Below, in pieces: positions 1-9,659 of a stretch of DNA of 64,000 nt. Source of the DNA: Minisyncoccota bacterium (GTDB lineage Bacteria > Patescibacteriota > Minisyncoccia > Phycocordibacterales > JABAAK01); contig OY764332.1 of NCBI GenBank assembly GCA_963668425.1, positions 188,943-252,942 on the forward strand. The letters are read 5' to 3'. The position numbers were made by a program, and so were the translations under genes. The notes below the pieces were generated by a model. That model saw nothing but the letters and a program-made list of their open reading frames with translations, did not search any database and had not been told where the DNA came from. Position 1 is the stretch's first letter; the number at the start of each line of letters is the position of its first letter.

Positions 1-1012
1 CTGTAATAGAACGTGTCCAATTTGGGTATTTTTTTTGTTTTAAAAGAAAGTTGCCGAGGTCTTTTGTTTCATAGGTCGGTAAATCTTGTGAGTTAATAAA
101 TACTCGTGTATGTAACCCGTTTTTTTCTCCTTGGAAAATTATTGCTCCATCGTCTTTTTCAAAAATGCCGTACTTGCCACCGGTATGTTTGTGTACTAAT
201 GCATATCCGATTGGGCTCGCTTCACTTTCAAAAATTACTGCATCAAACCGTGTCCCCAGTTGACGGCATAGTTTATCTAAATGTGCAAGTGATGTCTCTT
301 TGCCCTGCTGCCATAGAGCGGTAATCTTTGTATTATCATTTGTATACAATGACTGGTTCACTGCCTCAATACCTCCCTTTGCTTCCTCGTCAAGTTCATA
401 TGTTTCATTTCCAAAGCGATATGCAGACCCTAGGTCGTTAATGCTTTTTGGATCACCGTCTGATTCCTGGAGACCCCATACGCTTTTTGCAACTGTTAGT
501 CCGATATCAGATGGGTAGTTGATCCGCCGTAGAGTTGCCCCCTGTGTCTCAAACAAGCGTGCTATTGACTCTCCAATGATATTACCGACTAGATTTCCGA
601 CATGTAACGGTTTGAATAAATTCGGACTTGTGTACTCAAGCAATATCTCTTCTCCCGCAAAACTGTCTCCCCACCCCCATCGCTCAGACAACGCATGCAC
701 TCGCATAATTTGCCTTGAGAAAAACTTTCTTTTTGCATAAAAATTCAAAAAACCTGGACCTGCAATCTCAATTCGATCAATTTCTGAAAATTTTCCTTCC
801 AGTTGTTCTTGAAACTCTTTTGCGATTTCTAATGGATTTTTTCTAATTTTTTTTCCGACTTCCATTGCTATGGCACTCGCATAGTCACCGTGCTCGTTGT
901 TTTTTGGGTAGTTTAGTTTTGTGTTTGTAATATCTGTATCAAAATTACTTCTCACCACACTCATAATTTCTCGTACTATTATTTCCTTGATCGTTGTATT
1001 ACTTGTACTCAT
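1..1012 (-). CDS. argS: arginine--tRNA ligase, N-terminal ~337 codons (gene runs off the left edge of the window)
   Basis: Absent from the ORF track because it has no stop inside the window. Reverse-strand translation from ATG at 1012-1010 stays open to base 1: MSTSNTTIKEIIVREIMS...LEYTSPNLFKPLHVGNLVGNIIGESIARLFE (class I HIGH-type motif HVGN) ...NSQDLPTYETKDLG. Confidence 0.85.
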   Translation of the reverse strand, partial: MSTSNTTIKEIIVREIMSVVRSNFDTDITNTKLNYPKNNEHGDYASAIAMEVGKKIRKNPLEIAKEFQEQLEGKFSEIDRIEIAGPGFLNFYAKRKFFSRQIMRVHALSERWGWGDSFAGEEILLEYTSPNLFKPLHVGNLVGNIIGESIARLFETQGATLRRINYPSDIGLTVAKSVWGLQESDGDPKSINDLGSAYRFGNETYELDEEAKGGIEAVNQSLYTNDNTKITALWQQGKETSLAHLDKLCRQLGTRFDAVIFESEASPIGYALVHKHTGGKYGIFEKDDGAIIFQGEKNGLHTRVFINSQDLPTYETKDLGNFLLKQKKYPNWTRSIT

Positions 1013-1084
1013 ATGCCAATAACCTACGGTGAGCAACAGTAGGGTTCCCTACTGTTGCTCTGTTTTCATGTCGCGATAACAACA

Positions 1085-3784
1085 CTATTCAACTACTATT
1101 GCTGTAGGGACGTTGCCAGAAGGAGTGTCACTGGAAGCGGGAAGGATGTTGCTATCACTGCTTTCTGTGGTAGTGTCTCTGGTGGTACTGCTTACTTCTT
1201 CAGTTCCTGCTGATGAATCTTGAGTGGGCACAGTTGGTGGTGCAGGAGGGGTGGTAGAAGTAGGAGGAGATGTACTATCTATAGCGACCACTATAGAAAG
1301 TAGCTCGAGTGCCTGTTGTAACAATGAAAGTGCCTCTTGGAGCCTTGCCTCTCGGAACTCTTCACTAGCTTGGATAGATGGATTTGACGTATTGACAATG
1401 ACTGATGAAGTCAGTAACGCGAAAGGAGAGGTTGCCATGAGATGAGAAAAGAAGTCATCAAGTGGTGGTGGTGTTCCTGTGTCTACTGAGAAGGTGGCAT
1501 TGAAGGATACCCCTCGTGCTTTGTCAGCGTTGTAATAATCGCCTGAGATAGCTACATATACCGCACCATCTTGTAGTGTATTCATCGGATTAATGGTTAT
1601 GGTCATGTTGTCATTGCTCATATTTGCTTCAAACGGTATGCCATATCCGTATACGTCATCGGTACGTAACACTACAAAACTTGCTAGGTCATTTGTAGTA
1701 AATAGTGTTTTATTGATATCTCTATATGCTGCTTGATTAAAGGTTATGGTAATGTTTACTGCATTGTCCTCAATAATTGTGCCATCTTCGGGAGTAGAAG
1801 TTACAACAAACCCTGTTGAAACTGCAATAGTGAATGTGTTAGTAGCTGTGGCACCCTGATTGTCAGCAGCATCGTAGTAGCCATTGCTTACAGCGACATA
1901 TACTGTACCATTTGCTAGGTCATTAGTCGGATCAATGGTAACCTTCGTGTTACCTGCATTTATGGAAGCGCTGAACGGAATGTCTGTTCCGTTTGCGTCA
2001 GTGCTTTTTAGTGTTATGAGGCCTGAGAGTGCAGTGGTGTCAAATGCTGTCTCGCTGGTGTCCTGATATATCGCTTCATCAAATGTAAGCACTACATCGG
2101 TACCTGCATCAACAACCGTAGCACCACTTACTGGAGAGAATGACACTGTTGGTGCGGTGGTGTCTGCTATTGGAACTGCAATAGTGAATGTGTTAGTAGC
2201 TGTGGCACCCTGATTGTCAGCAGCATCGTAGTAGCCATTGCTTACAGCGACATATACTGTACCATTTGCTAGGTCATTAGTCGGATCAATGGTAACCTTC
2301 GTGTTACCTGCATTTATGGAAGCGCTGAACGGAATGTCTGTTCCGTTTGCGTCAGTGCTTTTTAGTGTTATGAGGCCTGAGAGTGCAGTGGTGTCAAATG
2401 CTGTCTCGCTGGTGTCCTGATATATCGCTTCATCAAATGTAAGCACTACATCGGTACCTGCATCAACAACCGTAGCACCACTTACTGGAGAGAATGACAC
2501 TGTTGGTGCGGTGGTGTCTGCTATTGGAACTGCAATAGTGAATGTGTTAGTAGCTGTGGCACCCTGATTGTCAGCAGCATCGTAGTAGCCATTGCTTACA
2601 GCGACATATACTGTACCATTTGCTAGGTCATTAGTCGGATCAATGGTAACCTTCGTGTTACCTGCATTTATGGAAGCGCTGAACGGAATGTCTGTTCCGT
2701 TTGCGTCAGTGCTTTTTAGTGTTATGAGGCCTGAGAGTGCAGTGGTGTCAAATGCTGTCTCGCTGGTGTCCTGATATATCGCTTCATCAAATGTAAGCAC
2801 TACATCGGTACCTGCATCAACAACCGTAGCACCACTTACTGGAGAGAATGACACTGTTGGTGCGGTGGTGTCTGCTATTGGAACTGCAATAGTGAATGTG
2901 TTAGTAGCTGTGGCACCCTGATTGTCAGCAGCATCGTAGTAGCCATTGCTTACAGCGACATACACTGCACCATTTGCTAGGTCATTAGTCGGATCAATGG
3001 TAACCTTCGTGTTACCTGCATTTATGGAAGCGCTGAACGGAATGTCTGTTCCGTTTGCGTCAGTGCTTTTTAGTGTTATGAGGCCTGAGAGTGCAGTGGT
3101 GTCAAATGCTGTCTCGCTGGTGTCCTGATATATCGCTTCATCAAATGTAAGCACTACATCGGTACCTGCATCAACAACCGTAGCACCACTTACTGGAGAG
3201 AATGACACTGTTGGTGCGGTGGTGTCTGCAGGACCTACCGTAGGCACCACATCGGTACCTGAATTAATAACACCAACAACACCAACAGCACCATTTACTG
3301 GAGAGGGTAATGCCGTTGGTACGGCGGTGTCTACAGGTTCTACTACTGTAGCAATAGAGAAAATTGCGCTTGCAGCATCACCTTGCAAGCCATTTTTGTC
3401 ATAATACGCATCACTTATCGCAATATATACTGCCCCACCTGAAAGAGTGTCAGTCGGATCAATAGTAATTTCTGTGTTGCCTGCATCTATAGAAGCAGCG
3501 AACGGGATAGCGGTGCCGTCTGCATCGGTGGTGTGTAGTGAAACTACATTTTTAAGTGTTGTGTCAGTAAACACTCCTCCTTCAGCATCTACATACACTG
3601 CCCGATCAAATGAGATAGTAATAGTAGTATTTGCATCCTGCTCTACTGCATCCGCTGCAGGAGAAAATGAAGCATTGAAGTCAGCGGCGTATACAGAACT
3701 CACCATCACTAAGAACGACGCTGTGAAAGCAGCTATACCGATTACAATGGTATACAAACTCCTTGATATTTTTTTTGGTCTCAT
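1085..3784 (-). CDS. large secreted/surface protein: signal-anchor, six tandem Ig-like (SbsA-Ig/Big_5-type) modules, S/T/P-rich C-terminal tail
   Basis: 918-aa ORF 1085..3841. The likely start is the internal Met (MRPKKISRSLYTIVIGIAAFTASFLVMVSSVYA, signal-like) at 3784. Repeated ~118-aa modules have the pattern ...V.F...V......T...L.L...DANGT.IPF.ASI.AGNT..TIDPT..L..G.VYVA.S.GYYD... The tail is rich in S, T and P. Confidence 0.75.
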   Translation of the reverse strand: MRPKKISRSLYTIVIGIAAFTASFLVMVSSVYAADFNASFSPAADAVEQDANTTITISFDRAVYVDAEGGVFTDTTLKNVVSLHTTDADGTAIPFAASIDAGNTEITIDPTDTLSGGAVYIAISDAYYDKNGLQGDAASAIFSIATVVEPVDTAVPTALPSPVNGAVGVVGVINSGTDVVPTVGPADTTAPTVSFSPVSGATVVDAGTDVVLTFDEAIYQDTSETAFDTTALSGLITLKSTDANGTDIPFSASINAGNTKVTIDPTNDLANGAVYVAVSNGYYDAADNQGATATNTFTIAVPIADTTAPTVSFSPVSGATVVDAGTDVVLTFDEAIYQDTSETAFDTTALSGLITLKSTDANGTDIPFSASINAGNTKVTIDPTNDLANGTVYVAVSNGYYDAADNQGATATNTFTIAVPIADTTAPTVSFSPVSGATVVDAGTDVVLTFDEAIYQDTSETAFDTTALSGLITLKSTDANGTDIPFSASINAGNTKVTIDPTNDLANGTVYVAVSNGYYDAADNQGATATNTFTIAVPIADTTAPTVSFSPVSGATVVDAGTDVVLTFDEAIYQDTSETAFDTTALSGLITLKSTDANGTDIPFSASINAGNTKVTIDPTNDLANGTVYVAVSNGYYDAADNQGATATNTFTIAVSTGFVVTSTPEDGTIIEDNAVNITITFNQAAYRDINKTLFTTNDLASFVVLRTDDVYGYGIPFEANMSNDNMTITINPMNTLQDGAVYVAISGDYYNADKARGVSFNATFSVDTGTPPPLDDFFSHLMATSPFALLTSSVIVNTSNPSIQASEEFREARLQEALSLLQQALELLSIVVAIDSTSPPTSTTPPAPPTVPTQDSSAGTEEVSSTTRDTTTESSDSNILPASSDTPSGNVPTAIVVE
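1820..3229. repeat. 4 x 354-bp near-identical in-frame tandem repeat (one 118-aa Ig-like module per unit)
   Basis: Antisense shadow ORFs at 1884, 2238, 2592 and 2946 are exactly 354 bp apart and identical or differ at one residue. The DNA units read as identical except for a couple of substitutions in the 2946-3229 copy (GAVY versus GTVY). Confidence 0.95.
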
Positions 3785-4011
3785 AAATATAATTAACGTA
3801 TAAAAGATAATAATGAAAATATCTGAACACAAAACACACACACCAGATATGTCTGTAGTGTACCAACATAAAATGCTTTATATTGCTTCCTATGGCGTAT
3901 TTTGTGTATAAGTCGTGGAAATATTAGAGCCCTTACTAGAATAGGGGAAGAAATCCTCAAACAAGTGGAAATATGCTGAAGGTGGGACGTATGTGGTGCT
4001 GTGTCGGGAGG

Positions 4012-4587
4012 TTATCCAAGCATTACCCCTTCCTGTTGTAGTACTGTCAATAGTGCTTGGAATACTTTTAAATGTAACTCCGCATCATATAGTGCTGAAT
4101 GTCGCTTTTCTTCTTCTTCTTCAATCCCCAATGCCTCCAATGTGCTACTCATCCCTGCCACACCCAATGCTGCCAGAGACAAGGTGGTGACATCCATCAT
4201 TCGGCGTGATAGTGGTAGTGCGGTATCATTCCGATAGGTGTCCCACAAACGCTCTAACATTATATAATCAAAATGCGCGTTTGCGGCGACGATGTGTAGT
4301 TCAATATCTTCAGCAATACCATACTGCTTCACGATTTCTTGCTCAAACTCTTTTAAGAAAACTTCTGGATTAACCCCATGTGTCTTTGCCTGTTCCATAC
4401 TGATGCCGTGTACCTCTTCTGCTGCACTATCCCATGAAAACCTCTCTGGCATATAGGTGATATTCCATTCTCGTGTGTTGACCGGCTGTATTTTTTCATC
4501 TAAAAATATTGCTCCACATTGAATCACTTGCGATGAGCAAAAATCTACGCCTGTTGATTCCACATCTAATGCTATAAATCTGTGCAT
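4012..4587 (-). CDS. DEDDh-type 3'-5' exonuclease (DnaQ/epsilon-like)
   Basis: Exo motifs are present: FIALDVESTG (DxE), NAHFDYIML (D) and HSALYDAE (H-x4-D). Start placed at the internal Met (MHRFIALDVE, 4587), which removes the overlap with the proS stop at 4592. Confidence 0.75.
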   Translation of the reverse strand: MHRFIALDVESTGVDFCSSQVIQCGAIFLDEKIQPVNTREWNITYMPERFSWDSAAEEVHGISMEQAKTHGVNPEVFLKEFEQEIVKQYGIAEDIELHIVAANAHFDYIMLERLWDTYRNDTALPLSRRMMDVTTLSLAALGVAGMSSTLEALGIEEEEEKRHSALYDAELHLKVFQALLTVLQQEGVMLG

Positions 4588-4591
4588 ATAT

Positions 4592-5845
4592 CTATGATAT
4601 AGCGTGTAGTAACCCTTCAACAACGGTATCCAGCATTTTTTTCTCGTCTGTCGCCCGGTCTTTGTATTCTATTTTTCCTTCTGCGCATGTTTTCTCTGAT
4701 ACTATCAATTGTTGCGGAATACCGACAATATCACTCTCAGCGAATTTTTCTCCGGCAGATATGTTTCGATCATCGTACAGCACTTCAATCTTTCGCTCGG
4801 TTAGCTGTGTGTACACATCATCTGCTGCCTTTGCTACTGTATCAGAATTTCCTAATGCAATAAGATGCACATCAAACGGCGCGATACTTGCGGGCAACAC
4901 CATCCCTGTATCTGATCCAACCATCTCAACCACAACTCCGAGCAGTCGTGCTGGGCCGATGCCATATGATCCCATATACACTGGCACTTGAGTACCCGTG
5001 CCGTCTGTATATAGTAATCCAAGCGCGTCAGAAAACCGCATTCCGAGTGTGAAAATATTCCCCACCTCACACGCAGGATGTTCCTCAAGCTCCTCCCGTT
5101 GCAATTCCAGTCGTGCAAGCACTTCATCTGTATACACTTCTTTATTTAAAGCAATCTTTTTACCTTTGTGTACATAAATAACATCCTCACCCGCAGGCAC
5201 TATGGTTTGAAACTCGTCACTGAATTCAGAAAACGCTCCTCCGCTTGCAAATGTCCGATAGGTATTTTTGCCGATACCAACCCGTTCAAACACGCGCAGA
5301 TATGCTTCCGCGCATTGTTCATAAAACACCTTGTGTTGCTCTTCATCAGTGCAAAAAGAGTATAAATCTTTCATAATAAATTCTCGTGTTCGCAAGATCC
5401 CGCTCTTTGCTCGCTCTTCATTACGAAATTTTGTTTGAAACTGATACAAATAAAATGGCACATCACGATATGAGTTGACATGCTGTCGTGCCAAATCAGT
5501 AATCGGCTCTTCGTGCGTCCATCCAAGCCCTAATTCACCGCCAACTCGTAGCTGTGTCCGAAACCACACCTCATCGGCATCACCCTTCCACCGTCCTGAC
5601 TGCTCCCACACTTCTGGATTTTGTAACCCGTTCAGCAGTACTTCCTGCCCACCGATGCTGTCCATTTCTTCACGAATAATTTTGATAATCTTATTTAATG
5701 ACCGTAATCCAAGCGGTAGAAAACTATACACTCCTGCCATTGCCTTGTGGATGTACCCTGCCCGTATCAGTAGCTGTGCATTCAGTGCCATCTCATCAAC
5801 TGGCACTTCTTTTCGCACCCGTGTCGCCAAAAATGATTGTCGCAT
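4592..5845 (-). CDS. proS: proline--tRNA ligase, bacterial-type core without the INS editing insertion
   Basis: MRQSFLATRVRKEVPVDEMALNAQLLIRAGYIHKAMAGVYSFLPLGLRSLNKI... is the typical ProRS N-terminus, and class II motifs and the anticodon-binding C-terminus are present. About 417 aa versus about 570 for INS-containing enzymes. Start taken at Met7 of the ORF. Confidence 0.9.
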   Translation of the reverse strand: MRQSFLATRVRKEVPVDEMALNAQLLIRAGYIHKAMAGVYSFLPLGLRSLNKIIKIIREEMDSIGGQEVLLNGLQNPEVWEQSGRWKGDADEVWFRTQLRVGGELGLGWTHEEPITDLARQHVNSYRDVPFYLYQFQTKFRNEERAKSGILRTREFIMKDLYSFCTDEEQHKVFYEQCAEAYLRVFERVGIGKNTYRTFASGGAFSEFSDEFQTIVPAGEDVIYVHKGKKIALNKEVYTDEVLARLELQREELEEHPACEVGNIFTLGMRFSDALGLLYTDGTGTQVPVYMGSYGIGPARLLGVVVEMVGSDTGMVLPASIAPFDVHLIALGNSDTVAKAADDVYTQLTERKIEVLYDDRNISAGEKFAESDIVGIPQQLIVSEKTCAEGKIEYKDRATDEKKMLDTVVEGLLHAIS

Positions 5846-6030
5846 ATATACAAAGTATACCACCTACATGCAGTAGTAAAATTGCGTATGCTACACCATA
5901 CAATGCCTACACATCATAACCCCTTATGGCAAAGTCCGCTGTATTTTGTTATACTACAGGCAGTATCGGAAATGTTTTCCGAATTGCTATTTGTTGAGCT
6001 ATATACATCTAATTGTATTGGAGATTTGAA

Positions 6031-6768
6031 ATGATGCAAAAAAATTTTGTGGTACTTGTTGCGTTTTTGGCAGTGAATATGGTCACGCCATTTGTTGGGT
6101 ATGCGGACACTCTTGATGTGTACCTTGGTGTGTTTTCCGAAAGTAAGGGTGTTTCAGGATACCTAACACCACATTTTTCAAGTGATCCTGCTGTTGGAGG
6201 ATCTCTTGCAGCAGAGTGGCGTGAGTATGTGTTTGGTGTTGAAACCGCAAAGTTTGTCGGACTGCGCTCTATGTTAAGCACTTCTGGGCATACAACAATT
6301 TTTGTTAACACACAAAGAAAGATTCGTGGCTATGATGCGGATGTACAGTACAACTATATTCGTATGCAATCTATGATGCCGAGCTGGTGGCCGTGGAATG
6401 ATAATAACTGCCACGAAGTGGCTGTGAAAATAAGATACCCTAAAACAGATAAGTGGCATCCATATGCCCTCACTGGAATTGCAGTTGCTGAGGATGCTTG
6501 GCTGGACACCTTTACAATAGTTGGTGGGGCTGGATCTACAGCAACCTTTCCGGTTACTCAGCGTATCAACTTTGTTGTAGATGCATTTGTTGCTACCTTT
6601 TTGTTCTCAGTTAGTCAGGATTGGAAAGTTTTTGGGAAGGCGGATGGGTCTTTCTTATTTGATCTTAAAACACTACCACTCTCGTTTGAAGCCGGGTTGC
6701 ATGCATTTAAAGAGCTTGGCGATAAACACAGAACATGGACTGATCTTTCTCTGCTATACACTTTTTGA
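6031..6768 (+). CDS. hypothetical secreted beta-rich protein with OMP-like C-terminal motif
   Basis: GGAGA lies 6 nt upstream of ATG 6031. Signal-like N-terminus MMQKNFVVLVAFLAVNMVTPFVGYA. C-terminus ...WTDLSLLYTF has alternating hydrophobic residues and a terminal Phe. Confidence 0.55.
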   Translation: MMQKNFVVLVAFLAVNMVTPFVGYADTLDVYLGVFSESKGVSGYLTPHFSSDPAVGGSLAAEWREYVFGVETAKFVGLRSMLSTSGHTTIFVNTQRKIRGYDADVQYNYIRMQSMMPSWWPWNDNNCHEVAVKIRYPKTDKWHPYALTGIAVAEDAWLDTFTIVGGAGSTATFPVTQRINFVVDAFVATFLFSVSQDWKVFGKADGSFLFDLKTLPLSFEAGLHAFKELGDKHRTWTDLSLLYTF

Positions 6769-6787
6769 TAGTGTAATCGTTTTCATT

Positions 6788-6826
6788 GTCGGGATACCTA
6801 AAGGTATCCCGACTTTCTTTTTTTAT
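6788..6826 (+). terminator. rho-independent terminator
   Basis: GTCGGGATACC-taaa-GGTATCCCGAC (11-bp stem) followed by TTTCTTTTTTTAT, 20 nt after the stop at 6768. Confidence 0.7.
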
Positions 6827-6856
6827 TAGGATTGGGCATCTCAAACATACTGTTTT

Positions 6857-7951
6857 TTAATGCTCGCTACTGTGCGGTTTATCTAATAACTCTCGACTAT
6901 ACTCACCTCCCTTTCCGGTAATTTTAAATACATCCTTATCAATTAAATCGTATTTCTGTTCCGCGCTGTTGTAATGATTTACTGCCGCAGAAAGTGATTT
7001 TCCGACACCGTGAAATGCTTGCATATGGTTTTCAAGTCGCTTCCGCAACACCTCAACTCGTTTAATAATCTCCTGTGCATGTTCTTCAACTTTGAGTGAT
7101 CGTAATCCGAGATTCACCGTTTGTAAATATGCTAACAGAGTAGTTGGTGAGACGATTACTACTTTGTGTTGCTTAAACGCATACTCCAACATATTTTCCG
7201 CACTCTCTCCAGTACCAATTTTTTGTGTCAACAGGTCATAATACAATGACTCAGATGGAATAAACATAAACGCATAATCAAGTGTTCCTTCTTTCGGCAA
7301 AATATACTTTTCTGTCTCCTGAATCCGTGCCTTAATATCCTCTTTTAACCTGCGCTCTGCTTCAGTGACTTCGGCATTTTTAAGATCACCATCTAACAGC
7401 TTCGTATAGTTATCGAGTGAGAACTTTGCGTCAATACTGATCATCTGCTTGTCCCGTAAAAATACCACTGCATCCGCCCGTGCACCATTTTTGAATGAGT
7501 GCTGCATTGCGTATGTATTTGGCGGTAGTACATTAGCAATCACCTGCTCTAATACATACTCTCCGACTACACCCCGCCGTTGTGGATTTTTTAGTGTCCG
7601 CTCAAGTGACTGTAGCTGATCTGTGAATGACAGCATCTCCCGCCCAGTTGTCTTCACCTCCGTTAACTCTTTCGTGATATCCTCCACCAACTGCTTTGAT
7701 GAGTCAAACTGTGCGCGCATTTGTTTGTGCATCACTTCTGCTTGTGACTGCATCTGTTTGTTCACCATCTCAGACCCCTGGTGTAGTCGTGTATCAAGGG
7801 TCTCACGAAAATCACGCAATTGTGCTTCAAGTGTTTTTGTGTCATTAGCTGATTTTTCCCGACGTATAATTAGCCATATCATCACCCCAAGCACAATACA
7901 TGTGATAAGTAGGGATACTAAGCTAAGCAATATACTGACCTCCATTGTCAA
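6857..7951 (-). CDS. rmuC: DNA recombination protein RmuC
   Basis: N-terminal TM helix, a long coiled-coil, then the RmuC nuclease-like core (...MISIDAKFSLDNY..., ...FMFIPSESLYYDLL..., ...VVIVSPTTLLAYLQTV...). Confidence 0.85.
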   Translation of the reverse strand: MTMEVSILLSLVSLLITCIVLGVMIWLIIRREKSANDTKTLEAQLRDFRETLDTRLHQGSEMVNKQMQSQAEVMHKQMRAQFDSSKQLVEDITKELTEVKTTGREMLSFTDQLQSLERTLKNPQRRGVVGEYVLEQVIANVLPPNTYAMQHSFKNGARADAVVFLRDKQMISIDAKFSLDNYTKLLDGDLKNAEVTEAERRLKEDIKARIQETEKYILPKEGTLDYAFMFIPSESLYYDLLTQKIGTGESAENMLEYAFKQHKVVIVSPTTLLAYLQTVNLGLRSLKVEEHAQEIIKRVEVLRKRLENHMQAFHGVGKSLSAAVNHYNSAEQKYDLIDKDVFKITGKGGEYSRELLDKPHSSEH

Positions 7952-8042
7952 GTAGTATACAACGGCTTGCCAAACGTGTATACTGCATGCGAGGGTTATA
8001 TTTTTGTAAAACTACACATCAGTCACTATCAGGAGGTTACAC

Positions 8043-8705
8043 ATGAAATTGTTACCCCATTTTGCTTCTTTGTTACTCATTGTTTCCGTAGGGTTACTCC
8101 CCTCTGTTGCGCAGGCGACTCATGCTACAGAAGGACGTCCCACTGCCTGGGAAAGTGCAGTTGTTGCGGTTGAGTCAAATGTCCTGAAAAGCATGCATGA
8201 TCTCGCCTCAAAGAAACAATGGGATTCGGCAAAGGCACACCTCATTGTATATCGAGACATTGGTTCTTGCTCGAACGCAGCAGAAACAATTGGCAAAATG
8301 CTCATTACTAAGAATAAAGACGGAGCCCTTGCAGTTATTCAACTTACTCTCGATGAGTTAATCAATCCACATAGAGGTCCGATAACCTCTACGCGACAGG
8401 TGAAGCGCTCATTTATTCGGGCAATACAGGCGTCAAAAGGTGAAAAATCAAAAACTACCCTGATTGTAACTTTTTTTAATGTGTTTTCTTTAGATGGCTT
8501 AACGCCATCAGAGAAAGTTACCATTAATGAACTTCAAAGAATGGTCGGGGAAGGTCTTCTAAAAACCGCTGCTACTATAGAGAAAATATTTGCAGTGGTG
8601 ATTGAGGAAGTCGGAAATCTTTCTCCTTTGGATGAGAGAGGAATGCTATCCCCGATATCCCATTTGACTACTGAACCTCAACAACCTGTAGAACCTAATC
8701 CATAG
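8043..8705 (+). CDS. hypothetical secreted protein
   Basis: AGGAGG lies 8 nt upstream of the ATG. Signal peptide MKLLPHFASLLLIVSVGLLPSVAQA. No recognisable domain. Confidence 0.6.
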   Translation: MKLLPHFASLLLIVSVGLLPSVAQATHATEGRPTAWESAVVAVESNVLKSMHDLASKKQWDSAKAHLIVYRDIGSCSNAAETIGKMLITKNKDGALAVIQLTLDELINPHRGPITSTRQVKRSFIRAIQASKGEKSKTTLIVTFFNVFSLDGLTPSEKVTINELQRMVGEGLLKTAATIEKIFAVVIEEVGNLSPLDERGMLSPISHLTTEPQQPVEPNP

Positions 8706-8716
8706 CCCTGCTTAAA

Positions 8717-8751
8717 GGTTGCACGACACTATACTTGCGTGCAACCTTTTA
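8717..8751 (+). terminator. rho-independent terminator
   Basis: GGTTGCACG-(12 nt)-CGTGCAACC followed by TTTTATT. It overlaps the TTG-started 5' extension of the dprA ORF, which argues for the ATG at 8773 as the dprA start. Confidence 0.7.
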
Positions 8752-8772
8752 TTCATACTTAAAACATACTGT

Positions 8773-9636
8773 ATGTTTACAGATTTCCCTATTCAAACAC
8801 TTGCCCGAGAACACTATCCGGCACCTCTCATAGAGATACCGCAAGTGCCGGAAAAACTATATGTCCGAGGTGAGCCGATAGATGCCACGAAACGAATGAT
8901 TGCCGTGATTGGTGCTCGCCGTTACTCAGAGTATGGCAAAAAATCGTGTGAAAAAATTATTGCTGATCTCGCTCCTTACCCTATCACCATCGTTTCTGGG
9001 CTTGCTATCGGTATAGATGGCATAGCGCACCAGGCGGCTCTCAGCGCAGGACTTACTACTATTGCTGTCATCGGTTCTGGACTTGATGAAGATGTTATGT
9101 ACCCGAGCACTAACAGAATGCTCGCTAAATGTATTTTGGAGCAAGGTGGCACTCTTATATCAGAACTTGAGCCACATGTTCGCGGCGCGAAATATACTTT
9201 CCCCTCTCGCAATAGGATAATGGCTGGGCTTTCAGAAGTCGTTATAGCCGTAGAATGCACAGAGAAATCTGGTACTCGTATTACCACCCGTCTTGCTCTT
9301 GACTATAACAAAGAAGTCGGCGCTGTCCCTCATGTTATTTTCTCAGAAACTGGGGCTGGGGCTAATGCCCTTATACATGCAGGTGCACACGTCATCAGGA
9401 GTGGTCAAGATATCGTAGAAATTCTTGGATTAGAACCTGTGGAACAACAAACACTTGATCTCACCACCCTTACTGACGATGAGCAGAAAATATACCGCTT
9501 GCTCACTAGCCCAAAAACGAAAACCAACCTTTCTCAAGAGAGTAACCTACCCCCTCACAAACTTTCCGCCGTTCTTGCCGGGCTGGAGATGAAAGGACTT
9601 ATTACCGAAATTCTTGGCACCATTCAACGCATATAA
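8773..9636 (+). CDS. dprA: DNA processing protein DprA/Smf
   Basis: ...IAVIGARRYSEYGKKSCEKIIADLAPYPITIVSGLAIGIDGIAHQAAL...FPSRNRIMAGLS... is the typical DprA Rossmann-like core. Confidence 0.85.
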   Translation: MFTDFPIQTLAREHYPAPLIEIPQVPEKLYVRGEPIDATKRMIAVIGARRYSEYGKKSCEKIIADLAPYPITIVSGLAIGIDGIAHQAALSAGLTTIAVIGSGLDEDVMYPSTNRMLAKCILEQGGTLISELEPHVRGAKYTFPSRNRIMAGLSEVVIAVECTEKSGTRITTRLALDYNKEVGAVPHVIFSETGAGANALIHAGAHVIRSGQDIVEILGLEPVEQQTLDLTTLTDDEQKIYRLLTSPKTKTNLSQESNLPPHKLSAVLAGLEMKGLITEILGTIQRI

Positions 9637-9659
9637 ATATTTGCATGTGTCATAGTCAC

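Noticed and set aside
1884-3128. Four identical or near-identical 60-aa plus-strand ORFs (1884, 2238, 2592, 2946)
   Set aside because: They are antisense shadows of the 354-bp repeat inside the minus-strand surface protein gene. They have no start context, and their identity simply mirrors the DNA repeat.
1820-3229. Possible CRISPR-like array because of regularly spaced identical sequence
   Set aside because: The units are 354 bp and abut directly with no unique spacers. They are in-frame coding modules of one long ORF.
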